DNA of 64,000 bases, from the IMG/VR virus record IMGVR_UViG_3300006133_000004, positions 20,370 through 84,369 of that record; one strand, written 5' to 3'. Every line of letters starts with the position of its first letter. Position 1 is the first letter of the stretch. Source of the DNA: a virus (Duplodnaviria; Caudoviricetes). Made by a program: the position numbers and the translations under genes. The notes below the pieces were generated by a model, which was not told where the DNA came from, ran no database searches, and worked only from the letters and a program-made list of their open reading frames with translations. This document shows positions 47,684-57,610 of this stretch, in pieces.

Positions 47684-48649
47684 ATGTCTGACGAACCTAC
47701 CTATATCGACTGGCTCACAACCATTGAGCCCGAAGAAGTCTGTGAAATCGCCTCCAAATACGGAAACCGCTATGCCGAAATCACCGAGGAGCAGATTGAA
47801 GAATTGCGGGCTGGAAAGGTGCTGTGCTATGTGGACGAGTATGGCATCTTCATCAGACTGAAAAAGGAGTGATATTTGTTGTTCGAGTTCATTTCATTGA
47901 TACTCGTTCTCGTAGGGCTATTCTCCGAAAGAGTGGATGTGCTCTTCGTAGCAGCCCTGTTTGCGCTCATTTCAAACGTGGATATCTCCATCAACATCAA
48001 TAAGGAGGACAAACACGATGATGGCTAAACTTCAGGAGCGCTGGTACTTCCTTCTCGTTCTGCTGGATGCGGCCGGTATTGCCTGGGTCCGGACGAGGCG
48101 GACATTCCGCAGCCTGCTGGATATTCTCGTCGCACTGGTCGAGCTTTTGCTCGACACTGAAACACTGAGGAACAAATTCTACGCCATTCTGCTCATCGCC
48201 TGTACCCTACCGGTCATGTTCCTGGACGGCGATGCTACGGCGACCGTCTTTGTGGGCATGTTCGCAGTACCGATGTTCTTCGCTAAAGAGAATTGGATTT
48301 ATTAGAAAGGATGGGGCTAACCATGAAAGACACCATCAGAAACATTCTCCTCGCGCTGCTCGCTGTCATCATCGTGGTGGGCGGGACCTACACTGCTATC
48401 CAGTGGGATGTCATCGTCGGCAAGTGGGAGACGGAAGCGGAGCGGGAGGTCTTCAAGCAGACGACCACCTATTCCGAGGCCGCCGCATCCTTCCTCGCCG
48501 ACAGCTACAAGCAGTACAACGACGCAGAAACCGAGGCCGATAAGAACACCATCATGGAGTACGTCATCATGCGGTATCCCAACCTCGATACAGACTCCAT
48601 CGACAACGACACTCTGCGCCGGTTCTATAACCAGTGCCTCAATCATTAA
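47684..48649 (+). CDS. Small hypothetical and membrane proteins (47684-47872, 48017-48305, 48323-48649)
   Basis: ORF track; RBS present. Confidence 0.5.
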
Positions 48650-48669
48650 AAAAACGGAGGAAATGAAAA

Positions 48670-49200
48670 ATGAAGAAAACCATGAAAATCGCTGCCCTGC
48701 TCCTGTGCGCCGTCATGATGACCTGCCTGATGGTGGGGTGTGATGAAACCACGCGGATGAAAGAGGAGAATTATACCGAAAACACCAAGACGCAGATACT
48801 GGATATGTATGGGCTCCCGGAGGTGTCTAATTTCTTTGAGTATTCCCAGCTCAAGGAAATTTATGAACTCCGGGATAATCCCAACTTGATCTGCTACTGG
48901 TACACAAAGAATGATATGTCCGGCAAGTGGGTCTACCAAGGTACTTGTGTGGGATATGGTATCCCCTATGGGGCGAGCATCACAAACCCTGAGCAGCGTG
49001 TATATAGCGGTCTTACGCTGCCTCTTGCGGAACCGAACGGGCTGTACACAAACGGCCTTTCCACTTCCGCGACCTGGATTCTGACTACGGACGCCAAGGG
49101 AAACATTATGCCTACTTACGTCGAAAGCGAAATCACCATCAGCCAGTCCAAGATGGATGCCCGGCTCTGCGAGGACTGGTCAATTCCGTCCGACTATTAA
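48670..49200 (+). CDS. Lipoprotein
   Basis: Lipobox MVGC. Confidence 0.7.
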   Translation: MKKTMKIAALLLCAVMMTCLMVGCDETTRMKEENYTENTKTQILDMYGLPEVSNFFEYSQLKEIYELRDNPNLICYWYTKNDMSGKWVYQGTCVGYGIPYGASITNPEQRVYSGLTLPLAEPNGLYTNGLSTSATWILTTDAKGNIMPTYVESEITISQSKMDARLCEDWSIPSDY

Positions 49201-49298
49201 CACATACAGAAGCTTACGGGTGGCGGTGTTCCTACACAGGGATGCCGCCGCTCTTGTTTTTATTCCAAAATTATATTTTTCCAAAGGGGTATTGCCAC

Positions 49299-51497
49299 AT
49301 GACCATCATTAAACGAAACGGCACTGAGGTTGTCTTCGAGTCCGAAAAAATCGCTAATGCGGTTACGAAGGCGAACAACAGTGTCTCTGAATCCTGCCGC
49401 ATGACAGCTGCGCAGATTCAGGAAATCACGGAGGCTGTCACCAAAACTTGCGAGGCTATGAGCCACGCTCCGTCGGTGGAGGAGATTCAGGATCTTGTCG
49501 AGCGTCAGATTATGGAGCACGGCGCATTCGATGTGGCGAAGAGCTACATCACCTACCGCTACACACGCTCCTTGGTCCGCCGCTCTAATACGACTGATGA
49601 GAAGATTCTCAGTCTCATTGAGTGCTGCAACGAGGAAGTCAAGCAAGAAAACTCCAACAAGAACCCTGTGGTGAACTCGACCCAACGGGACTACATGGCC
49701 GGTGAGGTTTCTCGGGACATCACAGAGCGTCTGCTTCTTCCTGCCGATATTGTGGAGGCTCACAAGGAGGGCATCATCCACTTCCACGATTCTGACTATT
49801 TCGCTCAGCATATGCACAACTGCGACCTGGTCAATCTGGAGGACATGCTTCAGAACGGAACCGTCATCAGCGGCACTCTGATTGAGCGGCCTCACCGGTT
49901 CTCTACAGCTTGCAACATTGCAACCCAAATTATCGCGCAGATAGCTTCCAACCAGTACGGTGGCCAGTCCATCTCTTTGACCCATCTGGTGCCCTTCGTT
50001 GATGTCAGTCGGAAAGAAATCCGAAAAAAACTGGAGCGGGATTTGGCCGATGTCGGTTTGAATGTTGGCCCTGAACAGCTTGATATTTTGGTGGAGAAGC
50101 AGCTTCGAGACGAGATTCGGAGTGGCGTCCAAACCATCCAGTATCAAATTCTCACCCTGCTGACGACCAACGGCCAGACGCCTTTCGTGACAGTCTACAT
50201 GTATCTGAATGAGGCGCGCTCCGAGCAGGAGAAAAAAGACCTTGCCGTTATCATCCAAGAAACCTTGGAGCAGCGGTATCAGGGCGTGAAGAACGAGTCC
50301 GGCGTGTGGGTGACCCCGGCCTTCCCGAAGCTTATCTATGTGCTGGAGGAGGACAATATCCGGGAGGGAACGCCTTATTGGTATCTGACCAAGTTGGCGG
50401 CCAAGTGCACCGCCCGGCGGATGGTTCCGGATTATATTTCTGAGAAGAAGATGCTGGAACTGAAAGGCGATGTCTATACCTGCATGGGCTGCCGCTCCTT
50501 CCTGACACCGGATAGATTCACCGATGCCGGAGTTGGCAACATTGCAAACGCGAAGAACTATGTCCCCGGTCAGCACAAATATTACGGACGGTTCAACCAG
50601 GGTGTTGTTACCCTCAACCTTCCCGATGTCGCGCTATCCTCTGGGGGCGATAAGGACAAGTTCTGGGATATTCTCAACGAGCGGTTGGAGCTGTGTCATC
50701 GGGCGCTTCTGTGCCGGCACGAACGCCTGAAAGGAACTATTTCGGACGTTTCGCCTATCCTGTGGCAGTACGGTGCTCTGGCCCGGCTGGAGAAAGGCGA
50801 GGTCATTGACCGTCTCCTGTTCAATGGATATTCTACCATCTCCCTGGGCTACGCCGGCCTCTACGAGTGCGTGAAGTACATGACCGGCAAGAGTCACACT
50901 GATCCGGAGGCCAAACCCTTCGCTATTGCCGTTATGAACCGCCTCAACGATGCCTGTAAGGCCTGGAAAGCGGCCAGCAACGTCGATTTCAGCCTGTATG
51001 GTACTCCCTTGGAGTCCACCACCTATAAGTTCGCCAAGGCCCTCCAGAGGCGTTTTGGGGTCATTCCTGGCGTAACTGACAGGAATTATATTACCAACAG
51101 CTACCATGTCCATGTGACAGAGCAGATCGACGCCTTCGAGAAGCTGCGGTTTGAATCCGAGTTCCAGGCCCTGTCTCCTGGCGGTGCCATCAGCTACGTC
51201 GAGGTGCCCAATATGCAGAACAATCTGACGGCTGTGCTGCGCGTCATCCAGTTTATCTACGACAACATCATCTATGCCGAGCTGAACACCAAGAGCGATT
51301 ACTGCCAGTGCTGCGGCTGGGACGGAGAGATCGAGATCGTGGAGAAAGACGGAAAGCTCATGTGGCGCTGCCCGCAATGTGGCAACATGGATCAGACGAA
51401 GATGAACGTGGCCCGGCGTACCTGCGGCTACATTGGGAGCCAGTTCTGGAACCAGGGACGGACGCAGGAGATTCGGGATCGGGTGCTGCACTTATGA
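49299..51497 (+). CDS. nrdD: Anaerobic ribonucleoside-triphosphate reductase (class III) with ATP cone
   Basis: IIKRNG ATP cone; MGCR; TPLES; TNSYH; RRTCGYIG glycyl-radical motif. Confidence 0.95.
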   Translation: MTIIKRNGTEVVFESEKIANAVTKANNSVSESCRMTAAQIQEITEAVTKTCEAMSHAPSVEEIQDLVERQIMEHGAFDVAKSYITYRYTRSLVRRSNTTDEKILSLIECCNEEVKQENSNKNPVVNSTQRDYMAGEVSRDITERLLLPADIVEAHKEGIIHFHDSDYFAQHMHNCDLVNLEDMLQNGTVISGTLIERPHRFSTACNIATQIIAQIASNQYGGQSISLTHLVPFVDVSRKEIRKKLERDLADVGLNVGPEQLDILVEKQLRDEIRSGVQTIQYQILTLLTTNGQTPFVTVYMYLNEARSEQEKKDLAVIIQETLEQRYQGVKNESGVWVTPAFPKLIYVLEEDNIREGTPYWYLTKLAAKCTARRMVPDYISEKKMLELKGDVYTCMGCRSFLTPDRFTDAGVGNIANAKNYVPGQHKYYGRFNQGVVTLNLPDVALSSGGDKDKFWDILNERLELCHRALLCRHERLKGTISDVSPILWQYGALARLEKGEVIDRLLFNGYSTISLGYAGLYECVKYMTGKSHTDPEAKPFAIAVMNRLNDACKAWKAASNVDFSLYGTPLESTTYKFAKALQRRFGVIPGVTDRNYITNSYHVHVTEQIDAFEKLRFESEFQALSPGGAISYVEVPNMQNNLTAVLRVIQFIYDNIIYAELNTKSDYCQCCGWDGEIEIVEKDGKLMWRCPQCGNMDQTKMNVARRTCGYIGSQFWNQGRTQEIRDRVLHL

Positions 51498-51712
51498 GTG
51501 AGATAAAGTACAAAATTTCTGAGACCACTTTGGAAGCAGAGTGGAAAAAGAGCAATAGTATCGGGTCATCTTTCCACTATTGCAGCAACTGTCACGATGG
51601 TCGTGATGGTGGATATCCTCCCAGAGCTTTTAGGCTTGGTAAATTCTGCTCTCAGTGCGGTGCAAAGATGAAAAATCCGCAGTTGATAAGTTTTGAGTTC
51701 GACTACGACTAA
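51494..51712 (+). CDS. Zn-ribbon hypothetical protein
   Basis: CSNC...CSQCG. Confidence 0.5.
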   Translation: MSEIKYKISETTLEAEWKKSNSIGSSFHYCSNCHDGRDGGYPPRAFRLGKFCSQCGAKMKNPQLISFEFDYD

Positions 51713-51846
51713 ACTGAAAAGGAGAGATGAAATGGATTGGAAAGATCTTGCGGTCCTACTTCTCAGGATTGCAACTATCGGATTGTTTTCGATAGCTGTT
51801 CTTTTAGGTTTCTTTATCGGAAAGATATTTTGAGGAGTGTTAAGCG

Positions 51847-52371
51847 ATGAACTATTCGCTCATAAGGGCCTGTGACATCGCAAACGGTCCGGGCGTTCGG
51901 GTTTCTCTGTTCGTCTCGGGCTGTACGCATCACTGCCCTGGCTGTTTTCAGCCGGAAACGTGGAACTTCAACGCCGGTCAGCCGTTCATCTGGAAAACAC
52001 AGTACCGGATATTTGAGCTGCTTCAGCCGGACTACATCGAAGGTCTCACAATCCTTGGCGGGGAACCTCTTGAATCGAGCAATCAACGTGACCTCCTGCC
52101 GTTTGTGGAAGCTGTGAGGCGAGAGTTCCCGAACAAAACTATCTGGACCTATACCGGCTTTACCTTTGAGGAGCTGATGAGCAGGACTGGAGAGTATGGA
52201 GCTGTCACGGAATCACTGCTCTCACAGATGGATATTTTGGTTGATGGGCCTTTCATCGAAGCGAAAAAAGACCTGCGGCTGAAATTCTGTGGTTCCTCCA
52301 ATCAGCGCCTTATCGACCTGAGAAAAACAAAAGAGGCTTGTAAAATCGTCCTCTGGGAAGGAGAAGCATAA
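51847..52371 (+). CDS. nrdG: Anaerobic RNR activase (radical SAM)
   Basis: NGPGVRVSLFVSGCTHHCPGC...LGGEP...GSSNQR. Confidence 0.95.
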   Translation: MNYSLIRACDIANGPGVRVSLFVSGCTHHCPGCFQPETWNFNAGQPFIWKTQYRIFELLQPDYIEGLTILGGEPLESSNQRDLLPFVEAVRREFPNKTIWTYTGFTFEELMSRTGEYGAVTESLLSQMDILVDGPFIEAKKDLRLKFCGSSNQRLIDLRKTKEACKIVLWEGEA

Positions 52372-52685
52372 TGCCTTACGAAATATCTTCTTTACAGAAA
52401 AATGCAGCTCCCGATGAAGCGGTACAATCCAGAGGATACATACTGATTGAGCATATGGGTCTGGATAAATTCGGAAAACTGGTTCGAGACATCCGCATCA
52501 CTCGGAGCCTGCTGCTCTACGATATGGCGAAGACGCTGGATATTTCACCGGCAGAACTCTCAGCTATTGAGTGCGGGAAAAAGCCGGTTCCTGGCTGGTT
52601 CATTCCTGCGCTCGAAAAGCACTATGGCATCGGCGAGACCTGTGCTCACACGCTCCGCTTCCTGGCTAAGAATCGAGGTGATTGA
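52371..52685 (+). CDS. XRE-family HTH protein
   Basis: LYDMAKTLDISPAELSAIECGKK. Confidence 0.75.
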   Translation: MPYEISSLQKNAAPDEAVQSRGYILIEHMGLDKFGKLVRDIRITRSLLLYDMAKTLDISPAELSAIECGKKPVPGWFIPALEKHYGIGETCAHTLRFLAKNRGD

Positions 52686-52688
52686 TAT

Positions 52689-53747
52689 TTGTCCGGGAGA
52701 GATAGAAAGAACTCGGAAGGCTATTCCGACCCAACGGCTTACGCCGCCATAAGGAATATCAACCGAGACGAAGATCGTTACAACAAACTGCGTAGGGTCA
52801 TTCTGAACATCTGTGAGATGGCGGGCTTCGAGATTCGGGGCCCGCTTGTTCTTATTGACAAGAAAACAGGAAAGGTTTGGAGGTAGTTATGCCTGAAAAA
52901 GCTAAATGGACCAGAAAATTTCGCATTACCCACGATTGCGCTTGGTCTTGGCACATCGGTCTGTTTCTTTGTGTAGAGCCGAAATCTACTGTAACAGGAA
53001 AGCGTGATATTTACCTGTTCTTTTGCCTCGGTATGCATGATTTCAGCATCGGCATGATAACTAAATTCGACGAAGACGAGGAGTATACATGAAAGCTAAA
53101 GAGTATTACGCACTGGTCAAAGAAGGGATCGAGGCGGGTACTGCGACCGCCCTTAAAGGGGCTGTTGACGAGATGTTCATGGGAATGAACCGTGAAGTTC
53201 GTGAGTTGCAGGAAAAGCGGCACATCCAGTTTGACCGTGGGATATTCCCTGTTCTTAAAGAAATGAACGATAAGTGGAATGCTGTCGTCAACCTCATTGA
53301 GAAGGACTATGGATATTCTCCCATCATCCGAGATGGCTTCAAGAATTTCTGGGTTGCAAAAATGCCGGAGTTAGGAAGATACATATGAACCAAAACGAAA
53401 AGCACAACGAGGTTATTGTAGGGATATGTCACGATGCTGTTCTCTTAGCTGAAATATGGGGAGCATTTCAGAAGCTCTTTGGAGACTATGTAGAAGAAGT
53501 GATTGCGGCACTTACCCCGGTTGCCGAGGCATTAGCTGGTCCGATCCTCTTTGGTAATGAGCCGCCGGATTTATCCGAAGAAGAGTTGGAGCGGCTTATC
53601 CGAACGGTTGATAACAGCCAGCATCTGAATACACCGCCGAAAAAATACGGAGCAGATCGGTACAGACATCCTCAGAAAACGCACATCCACTACAATTATA
53701 TTTCCAGAGCAGTCAGAAACCAACCTTACCAGCGGCGGACATATTAA
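52689..53747 (+). CDS. Four small hypothetical proteins (52689-52886, 52889-53092, 53089-53388, 53385-53747)
   Basis: Translationally coupled ORFs. Confidence 0.55.
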
Positions 53748-53760
53748 GGAGGGACGTAAC

Positions 53761-54228
53761 GTGACTGAACCAATCGACGAATTCCGTGGAAAGTATTTCT
53801 TTCTCAGCAATTTCTATTCTGCACCAGTCGAATATCAAGGCTATCGTTTTAAGAACAACGAAGCGGCCTTCCAAGCTGCCAAGTGTCCGGAACGGATGCT
53901 CGACTTCTGTAACCTCACACCACGTCTTGCAAAATGGCTCGGACGAAAGGTTTCTCTGCGCCACGATTGGGAGATTGTTAAATACGATGTCATGTACGAG
54001 GTATGTATGGCGAAGTTCACACAGAACCCCGATCTGCTTTCAAAGCTCCTTGCCACCGGCGATGCGGAATTGATTGAGGGCAACACCTGGGGTGATCGGG
54101 TGTGGGGCGTTGATATGTACCGATGCATCGGTGAAAACCATCTTGGAAAAATTCTGATGCGGGTTCGGAGTGAGTTGGGTGGCATCATAGATAAGTTCTG
54201 TGAGGCCCCTGGATATTCTCCATCCTGA
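53761..54228 (+). CDS. NADAR family protein (YbiA-like)
   Basis: FLSNFY...EAAFQAAK...W...KYDVM...AKFTQNPDL...LIEGNTWGDRVWG...GENHLGKILMRVR. Confidence 0.9.
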   Translation: MTEPIDEFRGKYFFLSNFYSAPVEYQGYRFKNNEAAFQAAKCPERMLDFCNLTPRLAKWLGRKVSLRHDWEIVKYDVMYEVCMAKFTQNPDLLSKLLATGDAELIEGNTWGDRVWGVDMYRCIGENHLGKILMRVRSELGGIIDKFCEAPGYSPS

Positions 54229-54267
54229 ATACCACACAATTTACTAATTGAAAAAGGAGTTGTAGAC

Positions 54268-54839
54268 TTGAAACTATTTTCGGATTGTTCTGGTGAATGC
54301 GCCGTTTGCGGCTGTGCGGGTTTATGTCTTGCTGGTCACGGGGACGATGATTTTATCCTTGCCTCAGCAAAGCAAATCATCGAGAGGCTTCAAAAAGGTC
54401 AGTATTCCTCATATAAAGAATTGATGATTGAGACTTTGAAAACTCAGTATAACATCAACTACGAGGAACTCGCACTGTAATGGGCTTATCAAAACTGTCC
54501 GCCAAGTGTCAGGCCTGCCCATTCGTAGACACATGCGACCATAAAGAAATGGAGGCCCTTGGATATTTGCCTATTCCGGAACCGGCTGCTCAGCCTACTG
54601 AGAAAGGATACCAGAAAGTCGAGAACCTGTGGAGCAATCCCCAAATGCTGATTGGTTCCGACCCGGCCTCAGGAGGTATGGTGAGTATAGGCAGCAAAAT
54701 CGACATCAACGTTGAAGGACTGGTACGGACGATTGCCCGGGAGATTCAGCTTCCCGAGCGGGTGTTGAGAGAAGAACTTGCATCTCCTAAAATGGAGGAG
54801 CAGTGGCAAAAATTCTTGGAAATCAATGGATTGAGGTGA
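54268..54839 (+). CDS. Two hypothetical proteins (54268-54480, 54480-54839)
   Basis: ORF track; coupled. Confidence 0.5.
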
Positions 54840-54956
54840 TGGTTTATATCAGAGCCCTTAACGTCCTTCCCCACAAGCATCATATACGACCTGTTACTAC
54901 CAAAAATAGTGGCAGGTCATTTTTATTGAATTGTCATAGAGAGGAGGTAAATAAAT

Positions 54957-55238
54957 TTGGATGAGCAATTCTCAATCGGTTCAGTTCCAGTATCTGTAGC
55001 TGCTAAAGTGTACGGAAGAGATGCATCTTGGATTAGGGCCGGTATTGTGGTAGGATGGTTACCTATTGGACGAGCTACCCGAGACGGTAAGCTTGTAACC
55101 ACTATTGAAGAGATGGACTCGAAGTACGGACGTATCAACTATTATATTTCTCCCAAGCGGCTCTATGAAGATACCGGCTATGTGTGGAAGGGGGAGAAAA
55201 CAGTGAATGAGCTCGATCAGTGCAGTGCTTCAGCGTGA
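54957..55238 (+). CDS. Small DNA-binding (excisionase-like) protein, paralog of 7633
   Basis: GSVPVSVAAKVYGRDASWIRAGIVVGWLPIG. Confidence 0.55.
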   Translation: MDEQFSIGSVPVSVAAKVYGRDASWIRAGIVVGWLPIGRATRDGKLVTTIEEMDSKYGRINYYISPKRLYEDTGYVWKGEKTVNELDQCSASA

Positions 55239-55251
55239 AGCCGACTGAGTC

Positions 55252-55560
55252 TAACTTAGAATAGAAAATCTATCTAACCTAAGATAGAATTCTGCCCGTT
55301 TGCCCACTTTTATTTTCAGAATGGGTGGCTTTGAGCGGTTGGGGGAGGACTGATACGGTCATTTTGCCCGAAAAAAGCGGGTTTTTGCCCACTTTTCAAA
55401 ACAAAAGTGTCCATGTACTTAGACGTAGTTAGCAGTAGTTAGCGGTTTTTGAGTATCAGAACGAGAGTTTTGGCCAAAAGCCCACTTTTACTTTACACTT
55501 AAGCACGAAAGAAAAAAGTAAGAAATATATATAAGTGGCCGGAAAAAGTGGGCAAGTGGG
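55252..55560. repeat. Non-coding region with GCCCACTTT iterons and TAACTTAGAATAG boxes
   Basis: gcccacttt at 55302, 55387 and 55480; inverted aaaagtgggc at 55544; boxes at 55252 and 55275. Confidence 0.7.
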
Positions 55561-55630
55561 TAAAAGGCGATTCTTCAGTAAAATCTTTGCCTGCGTGATG
55601 ATATTGCCTCTTTTCTTTCTTTAGAAGGTG

Positions 55631-55808
55631 TGGTATACTGTCCTTGCGACACAATCAGATAATCGCCCGATTAAGTAGGGGATAACACGGCAAATAGTGT
55701 TATCTCTCTTTACTCGTACCCTACATAATTGGGCAATGAGATTGTGTCGCAACAATGGGGAGAACACTTTTGCAGGTGCGTCTCTCCATTGAGGCGCACC
55801 TTTTTTTT
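55631..55808 (+). promoter_or_regulatory. Extended -10 promoter, structured leader and terminator/antiterminator
   Basis: TGGTATACT; 13-bp ttgcgacacaatc/gattgtgtcgcaa; terminator ggtgcgtctc/gaggcgcacc followed by T8. Confidence 0.6.
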
Positions 55809-55835
55809 ATTGATCTGAGGTGAGGAGGGCTGAAT

Positions 55836-56870
55836 ATGGCTGAGCAGAACTGGGGGATTGTTCCATGCGATGTAGCGATGGATGTTTCCCCTGCAAATGG
55901 TTTCACCAAGTTGGAACTTAATTCCACACAGAAGATTCAGGTCGGGGCTCTTTTGCAGCAACTGCCGTCTGTAGCAGTTACTAATAAAATGTCACAACTA
56001 TACACCGTTACGTTCCCAGAAGGAATATCTGGGAAACTGATGGAATTAAAACAGCGTGAAGGATTTACCACCTCAATTATTGGTGAAGATGGAAAAATCG
56101 CCGCATCGGCTGCGCTAAACCCGGTGGACCATGTCCAAGTTTTGGCCATGGGATGCTTTACCGCCATGTCAATCGCATCCAGCCAATACTTTCTCAAGAA
56201 GATCAATGACGAATTGAAAGTGATGCGGATGACCATCGATAAGATCCTTGAATTTCTTTATGGAGATAAGAAGGCAGAGTTGATGGCCGAGATCAACTTT
56301 GTCAGATATGCCTATGAAAATTATATTTTCATTATGAGGTCTGATGCGCAGCGGGCTGCAACAATCGCAAGTTTGCAGAGTGCTCGTAAGGTTGCGATCA
56401 AAGACATTGAATTTTACATAGCCGATTTGGAGTCCACCGTTAAAGGAAAAGAGGGAAAAGATATTTCGAGCCTTGTAGAAAAAGAATTCCAGCTGAAAGA
56501 AAGTCTTGAGGTCGCCATGCAACTTTATGGCGTAAGTAGTTTACTGGAAGTTTACTACGCCCAGAATTATGACCGAGGTTATCTTGAATATGTAGAAAGG
56601 GACATTTCGGTTTACATCGATAAATGTGAAAAACGGATGTTGGGTAGTTTTTCGTCCCTTCGTACCCTTGTTGACAATGCTAAGGAAATGCCGTTTAAGA
56701 AAATAGCGAAGGCTGATATTTTAGATCGCATCGATGGGCTTGTTGAATCGCTTGGTCGAGGTGAAGAATCTGACATGAGAAAATCGTTGCGGGCTGGTCT
56801 AAATGCAGCAACTCAAAAGGCTGATTATTATATGACCGTTGATGGAGTTATTTATTTGAAGACAGCGTGA
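55836..56870 (+). CDS. Moron: helical/coiled-coil hypothetical protein
   Basis: AT-richer; RBS GAGGAGG. Confidence 0.65.
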   Translation: MAEQNWGIVPCDVAMDVSPANGFTKLELNSTQKIQVGALLQQLPSVAVTNKMSQLYTVTFPEGISGKLMELKQREGFTTSIIGEDGKIAASAALNPVDHVQVLAMGCFTAMSIASSQYFLKKINDELKVMRMTIDKILEFLYGDKKAELMAEINFVRYAYENYIFIMRSDAQRAATIASLQSARKVAIKDIEFYIADLESTVKGKEGKDISSLVEKEFQLKESLEVAMQLYGVSSLLEVYYAQNYDRGYLEYVERDISVYIDKCEKRMLGSFSSLRTLVDNAKEMPFKKIAKADILDRIDGLVESLGRGEESDMRKSLRAGLNAATQKADYYMTVDGVIYLKTA

Positions 56871-56879
56871 TTGGAGTAG

Positions 56880-57449
56880 ATGATAATGAGCTCTAAGAAA
56901 ACGAATGGTGGAAACAATAAAAAATCTATCGCTCCTACTGTGTTGTCTGCCTTAACAATAGCCCCAGCCATAATTACAGCTGTTGAAGAATTGATAGATA
57001 AGCTTCCAGATATTCCGAGTAAAGTTGGTGTTCCACAATTATATGGCCTCGGTTTTCCGTTGAAACTGGATCAGGCTATTACAAGATTGACCAAGGTAGG
57101 CCTGACAGTTATGCCAAGTGAACTGAGTATTGGAGAAGCCGATCCAAAATATAGAAACTGCGTTGACTCCGAGGTGGTTGATTCAGATCCAAAGCCAAAA
57201 CAGAAGGTTGCTGCTGGATATCCCGTAATAATTAGGTATGTTACTCAGGAAGTGATTGACGAAAGTAAGCGGCTGTTTGAGGAATTGGAGAGACAGAAAG
57301 CAGAGGCAAACCGCATAAAAAATGAGAAACGTGAACATCAGAAAGCGCAGGCACAAAGGACTATCGCAGATGCTGCTATCCAAGTTAAGGGTTTACCTGA
57401 AAAAATATTACACTATAATAAGAAAGGAACCAAATCTAAAGCTCCTTAA
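56880..57449 (+). CDS. Moron: PASTA-like domain protein
   Basis: VPQLYG...AITRLTKVGL...VVDSDPKP...V..G..V.IRY. Confidence 0.5.
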   Translation: MIMSSKKTNGGNNKKSIAPTVLSALTIAPAIITAVEELIDKLPDIPSKVGVPQLYGLGFPLKLDQAITRLTKVGLTVMPSELSIGEADPKYRNCVDSEVVDSDPKPKQKVAAGYPVIIRYVTQEVIDESKRLFEELERQKAEANRIKNEKREHQKAQAQRTIADAAIQVKGLPEKILHYNKKGTKSKAP

Positions 57450-57501
57450 CAAAATTATATTTTTGGAAAAGAGACGCCTTAATCAGCGTCTCTTTTCTTT
57501 T

Positions 57502-57528
57502 CGCCGAAAAAACAGACTCTTTTATGGA
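57502..57528 (+). promoter_or_regulatory. Phage motif copy 24
   Basis: cgccgaaaaaacagactcttttatgga. Confidence 0.75.
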
Positions 57529-57610
57529 GAGAAGAGATGTGCTCTAAAAATATTCCCCGTGGTTACGGAATACGGAGTTGTGTGGCAGCAATAAATATCA
57601 CTTCTCTCTT
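57526..57610 (+). ncRNA. Putative small RNA or structured leader
   Basis: Closing helix GAGAGAAG/CTTCTCTC; internal tattcc/ggaata. Confidence 0.45.
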
